From the IMG/VR virus record IMGVR_UViG_2706794696_000015: a stretch of DNA of 42,521 nt; one strand, given 5' to 3'. The position numbers and the translations under genes are program-made. The notes under the pieces were generated by a model that was not told where the DNA came from, made no database searches, and saw only the letters and a program-made list of their open reading frames with translations. This stretch comes from a virus. Lineage: Duplodnaviria; Heunggongvirae; Uroviricota; Caudoviricetes. This document shows positions 1 to 8,406 of the stretch, one piece after another. The stretch's first letter is position 1. Each line of letters opens with the position of its first letter.

Positions 1-573
1 ATGTTTTGCGAAGAAAAAGTAGCTCAAATGGCTGCATACCTACTTCTTAAGCGAGGTGGGCGCATGGCATATCTGAAATTGATGAAGCTGCTCTATCTGT
101 CTAACCGCAAGTCGATTTTGAAGCATGGCAGGATGATCGGCGAAGATAGCCTTTACTCTATGAAATTTGGTCCAGTCATGTCGAATACGCTGAACTTGAT
201 TCGTGGTAAGGCTGAAGGTATTGGTGACTACTGGTACAACCTGATAGAGACGAACGGGCATGATGTGTTGTTGCGTTCAGATCCGAGGGAAATGGATGCA
301 GACGAGGTCTTTGATGAGTTGAGCCGTGCAGATATCCGGATTTTAGATGAAATCTATTCTCTGTATGGGCATATGAACCGATTTGATCTCGCAAACATGA
401 CGCATTTAGAAAGCGTTTGTCCAGAGTGGCACAATCCTGGCAATTCTCGTAAGCCTATAGACCTGAAAGAAATGCTGATCAGTGAGGGTAAAAGCGAGGA
501 TGAGGCTAATCGTATAATTGGCAAAATGGAAGAATCTCAGAAACTTAAGGAATTTTCTTTGCAATTATCATGA
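1..573 (+). CDS. Panacea (DUF4065) domain protein, putative antitoxin-type component
   Basis: 190 aa ORF; N-terminal motifs LKLMKLLYL and MKFGPVMSNTLNLIR match the DUF4065/GepA pattern as I recall it; stop overlaps next start (ATGA at 570-573). Confidence 0.55.
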   Translation: MFCEEKVAQMAAYLLLKRGGRMAYLKLMKLLYLSNRKSILKHGRMIGEDSLYSMKFGPVMSNTLNLIRGKAEGIGDYWYNLIETNGHDVLLRSDPREMDADEVFDELSRADIRILDEIYSLYGHMNRFDLANMTHLESVCPEWHNPGNSRKPIDLKEMLISEGKSEDEANRIIGKMEESQKLKEFSLQLS

Positions 574-989
574 CGGATTATCAGCCATACAGGAAAGGAA
601 CTGTGCTTGCCCCAACTGGGCCATGCAATCATCTTCATGTGATTTGTAATGATCCTGTTTATTACCCCGTTAACGATTGTTATTGTGTTTTAGTTGTTAA
701 TATTTCTAGTATCAAGGATGGTGTCCCCCACGATCCGTCTTGCGTCTTGAATTCTGGTGATCATCGCTTTATCAAGCATCCAAGTTATGTTGTTTACGCT
801 GAAGCTATAATTTGGCGAGTGGATAACATGGTTAGAAAGCAGCGATCGGGTGAGATTTCCGTTCATGATGATATGCCAGAAGCTACATTCAATAGAATTC
901 TGGACGGTTTTGATATATCTGATGAAGTTACGCCAAAGAACCTTAAATTTAAAAATAAATATTGCGTATCATCTATTGATGATGAGTAA
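570..989 (+). CDS. Hypothetical protein coupled to the Panacea-domain gene; candidate toxin partner
   Basis: 139 aa ORF with start overlapping the upstream stop; Cys/His-rich; no family recognised. Confidence 0.4.
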   Translation: MTDYQPYRKGTVLAPTGPCNHLHVICNDPVYYPVNDCYCVLVVNISSIKDGVPHDPSCVLNSGDHRFIKHPSYVVYAEAIIWRVDNMVRKQRSGEISVHDDMPEATFNRILDGFDISDEVTPKNLKFKNKYCVSSIDDE

Positions 990-1028
990 ACAACAGGAAT
1001 TGTTTCGGTATAGCTTCTGGAGTTTTCT

Positions 1029-1202
1029 ATGGAAGATCAAAAAGCAACCAAGCCACAGGTTAAGTTCGACACAATGAAAGCATTCGCAGGTATGGGTGCT
1101 GCTGTTGAAGTTCTGATGAAGGCTGCTCCTAATGCGTTCACTCACGCTACTGTCTCTGGTAAAGAGCAGCAGGGTAAGCTTCGTCGTCGCAAAGCAGCAT
1201 GA
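1029..1202 (+). CDS. Small hypothetical protein (57 aa; alternative start at 1074)
   Basis: Short ORF MEDQKATKPQVKFDTMKAFAGMGAAVEVLMKAAPNAFTHATVSGKEQQGKLRRRKAA, below the ORF-track length cutoff, ending just before a hairpin terminator. Confidence 0.3.
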   Translation: MEDQKATKPQVKFDTMKAFAGMGAAVEVLMKAAPNAFTHATVSGKEQQGKLRRRKAA

Positions 1203-1222
1203 TCATAGCTGGTGCTTTTTGA

Positions 1223-1248
1223 AAACCCGCCTTTAGGCGGGTTTTTTC
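1223..1248. terminator. Rho-independent terminator between convergent genes
   Basis: AAACCCGCC-TTTA-GGCGGGTTT hairpin followed by a T run. Confidence 0.6.
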
Positions 1249-1249
1249 T

Positions 1250-1531
1250 TTAGTGATGTTCTTTGCCCTTCTGTTTGCCTGTTCTGACCTGTTCCCACTC
1301 GATACGTCCTTCTTCTCGTCTTTTGTCTATGTATTCCGCAAGATCCTGAATATTGATGCAACGTTTTGCTTTTTGTGATGTACCGATGCGATATGTAGGT
1401 ACAGGCAACTTACAAGCGTTTGCTTTTGCTTCTGCTGTGGCTGGACTCATACCAAAGTATTTTTGACTAACTGCTGAGAGTTCAATGTTTGGGGTATTGA
1501 ATTCAGCCATCAGTAAAAACAAGGTATTCAT
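1250..1531 (-). CDS. Small DNA-binding protein, PrtN/excisionase-like (tentative)
   Basis: 93 aa ORF with a basic C-terminus; resemblance to PrtN/AlpA-type regulators is by eye only. Confidence 0.35.
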   Translation of the reverse strand: MNTLFLLMAEFNTPNIELSAVSQKYFGMSPATAEAKANACKLPVPTYRIGTSQKAKRCINIQDLAEYIDKRREEGRIEWEQVRTGKQKGKEHH

Positions 1532-1567
1532 ATCATTTCTCCATCATAACCGGCTGCACCCGGTGAG

Positions 1568-2362
1568 TTACTTATTCATTTCAATAATATTATTTTCTAT
1601 CATTGATTTATTTAAAACCAAAGAAGGAGCAAGATGGTTGTCTATTTTAAACAATGCATAACTTTTAAACTGTTGGTGATATCCGTAACTAATAAGGATG
1701 CTAGAAAAATCTCTTAATTCATCTTCTTTTAAAAAATTAAAATGAAATGGGTTGTCACCATTTATGAACAATGAAACATCTATTATGCAGTATTTCTCTC
1801 CGTTGTCATTTGCATAGAAAAAAATATAAGACATTCTGTTTGTTAAGACAATGCCATTAAATTTTCTTATGTCTGTAGCTATTTTGTTTTCCATGTTTGG
1901 TGCTACATATTTATTTTCAGAAATACATTTAATTTCATCTCCAGATGTCGTGATTATATAAAAATGAAACTTATCAGAAATATCTAACTTAACTACGCCA
2001 TCATTATTGTAAAGGCTGCTAAATTTTGGTGGTTCAACTTTTAAAGAATCATAGTTCTTTAAAAGAAGAGGGGAGTCAAATTTAATAACTTGTAGTATCC
2101 CTTTACCTTCAACCTCCATATTGATTGAAGATATAGCAATTGCATTATCTCTTTTATTATTCAGGATTATGGTTGATATATGCATGTCATATATTCTACT
2201 TGCATTTGCTGAATACGACACTGTCACCTTTTTTGATATTTTTTGCACGCCAAAATATATAGTGAAGGCAGCGGCAAGAATAGATAAGAATTTAATGTCA
2301 AATAAGGACCATAGCCACATTAGTTGCTCAATTGCTTCAGAGTTAATCATTTGCTTTACCAT
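1568..2362 (-). CDS. Hypothetical membrane-anchored protein in an AT-rich island (start uncertain: 2350, 2362, 2383 or 2401)
   Basis: Long ORF in strongly AT-rich DNA; N-terminal hydrophobic segment LWSLFDIKFLSILAAAFTIYFGV; no family recognised. Confidence 0.45.
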   Translation of the reverse strand: MVKQMINSEAIEQLMWLWSLFDIKFLSILAAAFTIYFGVQKISKKVTVSYSANASRIYDMHISTIILNNKRDNAIAISSINMEVEGKGILQVIKFDSPLLLKNYDSLKVEPPKFSSLYNNDGVVKLDISDKFHFYIITTSGDEIKCISENKYVAPNMENKIATDIRKFNGIVLTNRMSYIFFYANDNGEKYCIIDVSLFINGDNPFHFNFLKEDELRDFSSILISYGYHQQFKSYALFKIDNHLAPSLVLNKSMIENNIIEMNK

Positions 2363-2504
2363 TATCGCTGTAATACAACACATGTGTGTATATATACGCA
2401 ATGCAATTATTTTGCAAGTGCTTCATTTACTATCAATAGCTACGTCACGTTATTGTTTAATGGTTCTTTATAGGGGCGGCAATAGTTAAAATTATCGCTT
2501 CCGT

Positions 2505-2526
2505 AAATGCCCCCGCAGGGGCATTT
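2505..2526 (-). terminator. Hairpin downstream of the yfdQ-like gene (weak U tract)
   Basis: AAATGCCCC-CGCA-GGGGCATTT, 9 bp stem, directly after the stop of the 2539..3363 gene. Confidence 0.35.
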
Positions 2527-2538
2527 GCAGTAATGAAA

Positions 2539-3363
2539 TCAGGCGGTGAAAGTACCAATAAAGGTTTCTACTTTGCTGTCTTTGAATTTCTCAACAAGCA
2601 GATCACGAAATTCGTTAGCCATTTCTTCCTGTACCGCTTCCAGCTGAATAATGCGCAGAACCAGTACAGGACGATCGCCAGTGATAATGCTGAGGCGTAA
2701 TTTAAACGGACGTTCTTTCAGACCTTCAAACGGAACGCATTTAAATTCAAATGCCACTGGCATAATGTCTTTGGTCTTCGCTTCGACAGACTCCATCAGG
2801 GAGCGTTTGCCGCTGAAGTCATTATCTTCAAAATCAGCGGTCTGGTTCGCTTCAATTGTGATTTTACGGATCGCCGCAGCCGCTTTGGTTGCCTGAATGG
2901 CGTCACCATTAGCATCAAAGCCCACAAGGTAGTCGGCCCAGTCTTCAATCCATTCTGCCAGTGACTTCTGGGAGTTACGCTCGCCATTAACAGACAACAG
3001 AGCAGAGAACGGAGCTGTCTTTTTCAGTTTGAGAGTGGCGGTGTTATCTGCGTGACCTGGTTCATCAATAGTACCCAGGTTAAGAACACTGACGGCACGC
3101 ATATTATCAGCATCGATAAAGCAGCGGGTGCCTTCATCTGCAAGATCTTTAGAATAACGAGTAAAGTCATCGATGCTGGCAGTGGAAAGCGCACCACGGA
3201 AACGGAAACGATTTAAATTTAATTTTTCCAGATCATGAATGCGGAAATTCTCAGGCAATGCCACAGCATCGGCACCAATCTTACTGATAATTTCATTAAC
3301 ACCCTGAGCAGAAATAAGGGCATGGATTTGATTAATTGCGGTTGCGTCTAAGTTCTGAGACAT
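2539..3363 (-). CDS. YfdQ-like (DUF2303) prophage protein
   Basis: 274 aa ORF, same length as E. coli CPS-53 YfdQ and followed by a 120 aa YfdP-sized gene in the same orientation; assignment from memory. Confidence 0.55.
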   Translation of the reverse strand: MSQNLDATAINQIHALISAQGVNEIISKIGADAVALPENFRIHDLEKLNLNRFRFRGALSTASIDDFTRYSKDLADEGTRCFIDADNMRAVSVLNLGTIDEPGHADNTATLKLKKTAPFSALLSVNGERNSQKSLAEWIEDWADYLVGFDANGDAIQATKAAAAIRKITIEANQTADFEDNDFSGKRSLMESVEAKTKDIMPVAFEFKCVPFEGLKERPFKLRLSIITGDRPVLVLRIIQLEAVQEEMANEFRDLLVEKFKDSKVETFIGTFTA

Positions 3364-3428
3364 AATAAGTCCTCACTATATAAAGATATTCAGTGATGAG
3401 ATAAATAATCGGTTAATTAAGAACGATA

Positions 3429-3791
3429 TTAATGACCTGCTGCGCGGAGTTTTCCGTCAGGTTCACCGGCAAGAGTCAGTAATTGTCCCTGGTCTTCCTG
3501 CAGAATAGTCAGGCGACCACCGCGATTGACATACATCGGCGTTTCGGTGGTGTCTTCTTCGGAAATTTTCCCGCGGTTAGTCGGGCGAACATATGAGAGT
3601 TTGTGTTTGATTTTCACACGGTTCTCATCAAATGGTTCGATTTCCAGGTTGAGTGAGACCTTACCTTTGGTTTTCGTGTTCATCACACCGGAAGCGACTT
3701 CACTGAGAACTGCGCCGATTTTGGTTTCAAATACGCCGCCGTCCAGCTCCCCAATAAATGCCTGCACATCAGTACTGCGTTCGCTAGCCAT
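3429..3791 (-). CDS. YfdP-like small prophage protein
   Basis: 120 aa from the internal ATG (MASERSTDV...) preceded by GGAGCAGCAAA-ATG; the ORF-track upstream extension to 3977 is not protein-like. Confidence 0.5.
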   Translation of the reverse strand: MASERSTDVQAFIGELDGGVFETKIGAVLSEVASGVMNTKTKGKVSLNLEIEPFDENRVKIKHKLSYVRPTNRGKISEEDTTETPMYVNRGGRLTILQEDQGQLLTLAGEPDGKLRAAGH

Positions 3792-3839
3792 TTTGCTGCT
3801 CCTAATCATATCGACCCTGCAAGGTCGGTTGGTTTCTCC

Positions 3840-3928
3840 ACAAAACAGAGAAGAACACCTGCGGTGGCAGCCGCCCGGATGGATTTGGTTATGAGCCCGT
3901 CGTCCGGTGATGCTCTTCTCTGTTTTGT
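3840..3928. repeat. Perfect 15-bp inverted repeat enclosing a 59-nt GC-rich loop
   Basis: ACAAAACAGAGAAGA at 3840-3854 pairs with TCTTCTCTGTTTTGT at 3914-3928. Confidence 0.6.
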
Positions 3929-4442
3929 AAAAAGAGCGGTACCAGCCGGAAGCAAGTGTACAAACTGGTACCGCCAAAGCAGTGGCTGTTGTGGTGACCG
4001 GTGCTGATCTCCGGCTTGCGGTTATTTCAGACTCTCACGGGCGTTTAATTGCCCCGCCGAACAGCTCTTTTCCGCATTAGCTGCAATGTCTTTCGCGCAT
4101 CAGCCTGCGCATTCACCACAACGCTGAGAGCACTTAGCCAGTTACGGCACCACACTTTGTCGCGGTTCCATAAATGTCCTCATCGTTGCACCCTGGTCTC
4201 TTCCCAGGCGTCAAACCGAATCGCCACGCTGGTTAGGCGTCTTATCAGCATCATCATTGACTTGCACATTCCGGCTACCTGGTTTGTTTGCCCGAGCAAG
4301 GAGTGGATTGTCCCCTTTAACGTCCCCAGACCGCTAACGACGCATGTGCCATACGCCGTGTTACAACCAAATTTTGTTTAATCTTGCCTGTGCTGTGTTT
4401 CTTTTAGATACATTATGTATCCCAAAGGTACATTGTCAAGTA

Positions 4443-4466
4443 TAAAAAAACCTGCCGAAGCAGGTT
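4443..4466 (-). terminator. Rho-independent terminator downstream of cI
   Basis: AACCTGC-CGAA-GCAGGTT hairpin followed on the minus strand by a run of seven U; 12 bp after the cI stop. Confidence 0.65.
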
Positions 4467-4477
4467 ATAAATATTGA

Positions 4478-5152
4478 TTAGGCCTTTATTATGTATCTTC
4501 TTGGTTTTCCTGAGAAAATCACTGTACCAATTATAGAGCAATTACCGTTAATCTTAATGTAAGGCTCAGGCCAGTTTGGGTTTAATGCTTTGAGATAACG
4601 CTGTGTTCCATCTTCTATCAACCGCTTGAAGGTGGTTTCGCCTGTATCGTGCATCAATGCAATAACGTCGTCACCGTGGCAGGCAGGGACTTCAGGATCA
4701 ACAAAAATCATGTCTCCCGGGCGGTACTCATCAATCATTGAATCACCAATCACCCGCAAGATATAAGTCATTTCGCCACAGGGTACAGGGCAGGGATAAG
4801 TTTCTGCTGTGCTCAAATCAACCTCAGAATAGCCAACTTCTTTCCATGCTCCGGCCTGTACCCATGATATGACAGGGACTAACGTTATTTGTTTGTTAGT
4901 GATTGAAACGTCAGGTTTTTTTGTGATGTTCGTTGTCTGGTGTTCTTGATCAAGCCATCCGACAGGCAGGTCGAAACATTTTTCGATGTGCCGTGCCATG
5001 CTGTCACCGATATTTTTAGTTGCACCATCTCCCATAAACCTGCTGGTCTGGGTTGGCTCGCGATCAATCATGGTGGCAAAGGAAGAATTCCCGCCAACAC
5101 CATCTCTCAGTTTTCTGGCGTTAGACCGCCGGATGTCATGGACTGTTTTCAT
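4478..5152 (-). CDS. cI: CI-like phage repressor (HTH + S24 LexA-type autopeptidase domain)
   Basis: 224 aa; C-terminal domain has the GDSM serine motif and a downstream lysine as in lambda CI/LexA; divergent from a Cro-like gene across an operator-rich intergenic region. Confidence 0.85.
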   Translation of the reverse strand: MKTVHDIRRSNARKLRDGVGGNSSFATMIDREPTQTSRFMGDGATKNIGDSMARHIEKCFDLPVGWLDQEHQTTNITKKPDVSITNKQITLVPVISWVQAGAWKEVGYSEVDLSTAETYPCPVPCGEMTYILRVIGDSMIDEYRPGDMIFVDPEVPACHGDDVIALMHDTGETTFKRLIEDGTQRYLKALNPNWPEPYIKINGNCSIIGTVIFSGKPRRYIIKA

Positions 5153-5168
5153 AAAGAAATTAAAACCT

Positions 5169-5238
5169 TTGTACCGATAAGGTACAAGTATCTTGAAGGT
5201 TCATCTCAATCATGTAATATGTATACCGGAGGTACATA
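5169..5238. promoter_or_regulatory. cI-cro operator/promoter region
   Basis: Palindrome TTGTACC-GATAA-GGTACAA at 5169-5187; imperfect TGTATACC-GGA-GGTACATA at 5220-5238; TTGAAG-16 nt-TAATAT promoter-like element in between, oriented toward cro. Confidence 0.5.
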
Positions 5239-5242
5239 TTGT

Positions 5243-5443
5243 ATGAAAGCGTATTGGGACTCTTTAACCAAAGAACAGCAGGGTGAGTTGGCCGGAAAAG
5301 TTGGCTCAACACCAGGCTACTTACGGCTGGTTTTCAATGGTTATAAAAAAGCCAGTTTTGTGCTGGCTAAAAAACTTGAGCAATGCACGTCAGGTGCAAT
5401 TACGAAATCTGACTTAAGACCGGATATCTATCCGAAAGATTAA
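5243..5443 (+). CDS. cro: Cro-like small HTH regulator
   Basis: 66 aa ORF starting after GGAGG; divergent from cI. Confidence 0.6.
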   Translation: MKAYWDSLTKEQQGELAGKVGSTPGYLRLVFNGYKKASFVLAKKLEQCTSGAITKSDLRPDIYPKD

Positions 5444-5474
5444 CAGAACACCTTCAATTTTTAACCACAGAACG

Positions 5475-6038
5475 ATGAGGCTAACCGTGGGTAAGCATCA
5501 CTGGAAAGTAGAAAAACAGCCTGAGTGGTACGTGAAAGCTGTCAGAAAAACTATCGCGGCGTTGCCGGGGGGTTACGCTGAAGCTGCTGAGTGGCTGGAT
5601 GTAACAGAGAACGCTTTATTCAACCGCCTTCGTGCAGATGGCGATCAGATTTTCCCGCTGGGATGGGCAATGATTTTACAGCGCGCGGCTGGCACTCACT
5701 ACATTGCGGATGCTGTCGCACAGTCTGCTGGTGGGGTGTTTGTATCGCTTCCTGAAATTGAGGAAGTAGAGAACGCCGATATAAACCAGCGCCTGCTGGA
5801 AGTCATCGAACAGATCGGGAGTTACTCAAAGCAGATTCGTTCGGCAATCGAAGATGGGGTAGTGGAGCCACACGAGCAGACAGCAATTAATGATGAGTTG
5901 TATCTGTCAATTTCGAAGCTCCAGGAGCATGCAGCACTGGTCTACAAAATCTTTTGCGCTCCAGAAAAGAGTGACGCCCGCGAGTGTGCAGCTCCGGGCG
6001 TCGTGGCGTTTTGTGTCTGTGGAGAAACTAACGCATGA
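5475..6038 (+). CDS. CII-like regulatory protein (phage 186 CII/CP76-like, tentative)
   Basis: 187 aa ORF immediately after cro; alternative GTG start at 5496; family assignment is weak. Confidence 0.4.
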   Translation: MRLTVGKHHWKVEKQPEWYVKAVRKTIAALPGGYAEAAEWLDVTENALFNRLRADGDQIFPLGWAMILQRAAGTHYIADAVAQSAGGVFVSLPEIEEVENADINQRLLEVIEQIGSYSKQIRSAIEDGVVEPHEQTAINDELYLSISKLQEHAALVYKIFCAPEKSDARECAAPGVVAFCVCGETNA

Positions 6039-6871
6039 ACAGTTTAACGGCAAATAACCGTTTGTCGCAACAGCTGGTGGTCAGCGTCGCTGAACACCTG
6101 TTGTTACGGCATGAATGCAGATTACCAAATCACCTGGCTGTAAGTAACCACAGAGAACTTTACCTGACTGTGGGGGGCGAGTTGTGCAGGAACTTAACCG
6201 CTGGTTTCGTGACGGAAGAGGACTTTATGTTCATGTTATTCGTTGGGAGCCAGAAACACAGCGCGTTATCTATCTTCGCAAAGACTACCCGCATGAGTGC
6301 TTTAGTCCTTTGTGGAAATTCAGGCGTGATTTTGTTGAGTGTGAAGGACCACCAGCACATTGATTCTGCCATTCCGGGACGTTACACTGTTCAGGCACCT
6401 TATAAAGCGGGTGCCGGGATTGGCGTCCTGGAATTGATCAAGGCGATATATGACGCGCCAGCGTCTTTTTTATCGTCCGCATTTGCTCACATCAAAGTTA
6501 TGGTGGGCTGGGCGGGGGCATCGAAAGATGCGCCGGTTTCCTTGATCACCGGTTACGCCAACCCCGTTCAGTTCACCACCAGCGAAATTGGCGTTTCCGG
6601 TGGTGGAAGTATTTCACCGATCAAGGAGGCTGCCATCATGGCTACTGTCCCAGCCCTCACTCGTCTGAATGATGAAGACTTACATAAACTCAGTTATGTA
6701 ACAACTGCACTACGTGCTCTGCGCAAGGTAACTCTTTCGGATCCGCAGGCACATCAGGTTCTGGTAGAAACCCTTCTTAACTTGCAAGCTGAACGTATTC
6801 GTCTGGCGGATAAGGCTAATTTTCATATTCACCGTCTCCTGAATATCAGCGGAGGGCATCGTCATGCTTAA
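6035..6871 (+). CDS. Hypothetical protein; possibly a composite of smaller genes
   Basis: 278 aa ORF; contains an internal ATG at 6638 with a strong AAGGAGG RBS (77 aa product) and a protein-like 59 aa alternative-frame ORF at 6184..6363. Confidence 0.35.
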   Translation: MNSLTANNRLSQQLVVSVAEHLLLRHECRLPNHLAVSNHRELYLTVGGELCRNLTAGFVTEEDFMFMLFVGSQKHSALSIFAKTTRMSALVLCGNSGVILLSVKDHQHIDSAIPGRYTVQAPYKAGAGIGVLELIKAIYDAPASFLSSAFAHIKVMVGWAGASKDAPVSLITGYANPVQFTTSEIGVSGGGSISPIKEAAIMATVPALTRLNDEDLHKLSYVTTALRALRKVTLSDPQAHQVLVETLLNLQAERIRLADKANFHIHRLLNISGGHRHA

Positions 6872-7100
6872 TCCGTTGATCCTCAATATTTGCCGTTTGC
6901 TTCAGCGTAAAAAAATATCAATTCCTACAGTTGGGCAGTGGTACACCACGCCTGCAGGGCATGTTCTACGTGTTAGCCTGGTTGACCGTGAATGCCAGAA
7001 GGTGATTTGTGAACCGCTGGGCCGTAATTACCGCGTCAGTATGCCGCTTATAGCCTTTCGCTCCGGAAAAAACATGAAGCATCTCGGAGGTGCAGCATGA
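6864..7100 (+). CDS. Hypothetical small protein
   Basis: 78 aa ORF with start overlapping the upstream stop. Confidence 0.4.
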   Translation: MLNPLILNICRLLQRKKISIPTVGQWYTTPAGHVLRVSLVDRECQKVICEPLGRNYRVSMPLIAFRSGKNMKHLGGAA

Positions 7101-7915
7101 GTATGGAGCTGATGGTTAAAGCGATGAAAATTCGAGTGGGTAATCCATTGCGAAAACTGGTTCTGATCAAGCTGGCTGATAATGCCAGCGATCAGGGTGA
7201 GTGCTGGCCCAGCTACCAGCATATTGCTGACCAGTGCGAAATTAGCAAACGTTCTGTGATGAATCATATTGCGGCCCTTTGTGAGTCCGGGCTGGTAAAA
7301 AAAGTCACCCGGAAAGGTGAAAAAGGTAACTCAAGTAATATCTATCTCCTTCATCTGGATGGTGCAGGAGATTCACTAGGGGGTAGTGCAAATAATTCAC
7401 TATCTGGTGCAGCAAATTCACCAGGTAGTGCAGGAGTTGCACCAGGGGGTAGTGCAGGAGATTCACCCAGAACCAGTCACTCTTTTGAACCAGTCAAAGA
7501 ACCAGTCAATGAACCAATAGCTGTTGGTGCATCAGTTGATGAGTCCGTGCGAGTTCGTTCAAACCGACCGGAATACTCTCCGGAGTTTGAGCAGGCATGG
7601 CTGGCATATCCCAAACGTGCTGGTGGCAATTCAAAATCTGCAGCCTTCAAAGCCTGGAAAGCCCGTTTGAATGAGGGAGTAAACCCCGAAACCATGCTGG
7701 AAGGTGTGAAACGCTACGCGGGATGGGTATCTGCGATGGGTAACAGCGGCACACAATTTGTGAAACAGGCTGTCACGTTCTTTGGTCCGGATCGTCATTT
7801 CGAAGAATTCTGGGAAGTTCCTGCGGTATCTGCAGCCAGACGCGAGGACCCGTACTTCAAAGCCAGTTACGACAACGTGGACTACAGCCAGATCCCGGCA
7901 GGATTCAGGGGGTGA
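7097..7915 (+). CDS. Replication initiator, lambda O-like (N-terminal HTH, low-complexity linker)
   Basis: 272 aa; GGAGGTG RBS; N-terminal HTH-like segment; Gly/Ser-rich linker encoded by iteron-like direct DNA repeats, as in lambda O. Confidence 0.6.
   Translation: MSMELMVKAMKIRVGNPLRKLVLIKLADNASDQGECWPSYQHIADQCEISKRSVMNHIAALCESGLVKKVTRKGEKGNSSNIYLLHLDGAGDSLGGSANNSLSGAANSPGSAGVAPGGSAGDSPRTSHSFEPVKEPVNEPIAVGASVDESVRVRSNRPEYSPEFEQAWLAYPKRAGGNSKSAAFKAWKARLNEGVNPETMLEGVKRYAGWVSAMGNSGTQFVKQAVTFFGPDRHFEEFWEVPAVSAARREDPYFKASYDNVDYSQIPAGFRG
7361..7520. repeat. Iteron-like direct repeats inside the O-like gene (candidate replication origin)
   Basis: About five ~22 bp units of the GGTGCAGGAGATTCAC / GTAGTGCA type (7361-7466) followed by four ACCAGTCA-type units (7471-7520). 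Confidence 0.5.
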
Positions 7916-7917
7916 TC

Positions 7918-8406
7918 ATGAGTCTTTTGAATGAAGTTCAGAAATTCATTGAAGCCCATCCGGGGTGTACTTCCGGAGACATTGCGGATGCTTTTGCAGG
8001 TTACTCACGGCAGCGCGTTCTGCAGTCAGCAAGCAAGTTACGTCAGAGTGGGCGTGTGGCTCACCGTTATGAAGGAGATACACGCAGACATTTCCCACGC
8101 CTGACTGAGAGAGCGCAGGAGCCGGAACCACAACCAGTTCGTGAAACCAGACCTGTGCGCAATTTCTATGTCGGCACTAACGATCCCCGGGTGATTTTGT
8201 GCCTGACCCGCCAGGCGGAAGAACTGGAGTCCAGGGGCTTATACCGTCGTGCTGCAACGGTGTGGATGGCGGCATTCCGTGAAAGCCACTCCCAGCCAGA
8301 ACGAAACAATTTTCTGGCGCGTCGTGAGCGGTGCTTACGGAAAAGCAGCAAGCGCGCTGCATCGGGTGAAGAGTGGTATCTGTCAGGGAATTACGTGGGG
8401 GCTTAA
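7918..8406 (+). CDS. PerC-like transcriptional regulator (tentative)
   Basis: C-terminal LESRGLYRRAATVWMA...RRERCL resembles the PerC/Pch motif as I recall it; AGGGGG RBS before ATG 7918 (GTG 7912 alternative). Confidence 0.4.
   Translation: MSLLNEVQKFIEAHPGCTSGDIADAFAGYSRQRVLQSASKLRQSGRVAHRYEGDTRRHFPRLTERAQEPEPQPVRETRPVRNFYVGTNDPRVILCLTRQAEELESRGLYRRAATVWMAAFRESHSQPERNNFLARRERCLRKSSKRAASGEEWYLSGNYVGA

Noticed and set aside
4049-4381. 110-aa plus-strand ORF in the yfdP-cI intergenic region
   Set aside because: Arg/Ser/Thr/His-rich translation without a recognisable RBS; kept only as part of the unexplained-region finding.
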